NCBI GenBank assembly: GCA_035712525.1
Contig: DASTAO010000076.1
Span: 1-25,680, forward strand
DNA: 25,680 nt
Source of the DNA: Candidatus Kapaibacterium sp.
GTDB taxonomy: Bacteria; Bacteroidota; Ignavibacteria; Palsa-1295
Reading direction: 5' to 3'
The translations under genes and the position numbers were made by a program. The stretch's first letter is position 1; each line of letters starts with the position of its first letter. The notes below the pieces were generated by a model. The model was given only the letters and a program-made list of their open reading frames with translations, searched no databases and was not told where the DNA came from. Below, piece after piece: positions 25,606 through 25,680 of this stretch.

Positions 25606-25680
25606 ATGAAAAAAATGTCCATTTGCGCCGCAATATTTTTCTCTTTATTCTGCCTGCCCGCTATTTCGAATGCCCAAACT
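25606..25680 (+). CDS. Start of a secreted protein (signal peptide only; truncated by the right edge)
   Basis: Hand translation MKKMSICAAIFFSLFCLPAISNAQT..: Sec signal with an SNA|Q cleavage site; own promoter. Confidence 0.75.
   Translation, partial: MKKMSICAAIFFSLFCLPAISNAQT

Noticed and set aside
103-25633. Antisense or alternate-frame ORFs (e.g. 6538-6963, 7237-7809, 10757-11230, 14509-14952, 24299-24706, 25445-25633)
   Set aside because: They are shadows of well-supported genes or low-complexity AT-rich sequence, with no motifs.

Overview
Chromosomal window from a Bacteroidota-like (FCB group) bacterium. This assignment is inferred from two T9SS C-terminal-domain proteins, one of them PorZ-like, and from recurrent TAnnTTTG promoters; an Ignavibacteria/Kapabacteria-type lineage is plausible but cannot be proven here. 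Most genes are housekeeping: cysN (partial, missed by the ORF track), cysD, a sulfite-oxidase-family Mo enzyme, cytochrome oxidase subunits III and IV, an ECF sigma/anti-sigma/Spy-like triplet, iscS, a LOG-family gene, an MFS transporter, sucC, citrate synthase, a CNNM/CorC protein, ribH and pckA. The most unusual signals are non-genic or tiny. (1) Two homologous ~200-bp intergenic cassettes lie 18 kb apart in inverted orientation (7013-7216 + and 25335-25534 -). Each has tandem DnaA-box(-like) 9-mers, an AT-rich block, a full -33/-7 promoter and a conserved 61-nt downstream block with aligned start codons. (2) A Cys-motif, RPP-terminated upstream ORF precedes a Cys/His/Met-rich outer-membrane barrel, a candidate metal-sensing ribosome-stalling switch. 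(3) An FtsE-like ABC ATPase has every catalytic motif degenerate. (4) An unannotated 42-aa membrane protein sits in the cox III-IV unit, and subunit III carries a ~100-aa hydrophobic insert. (5) GTAG- and CGTC-type REP palindromes are present. No tRNA, rRNA, CRISPR array or transposase was seen.
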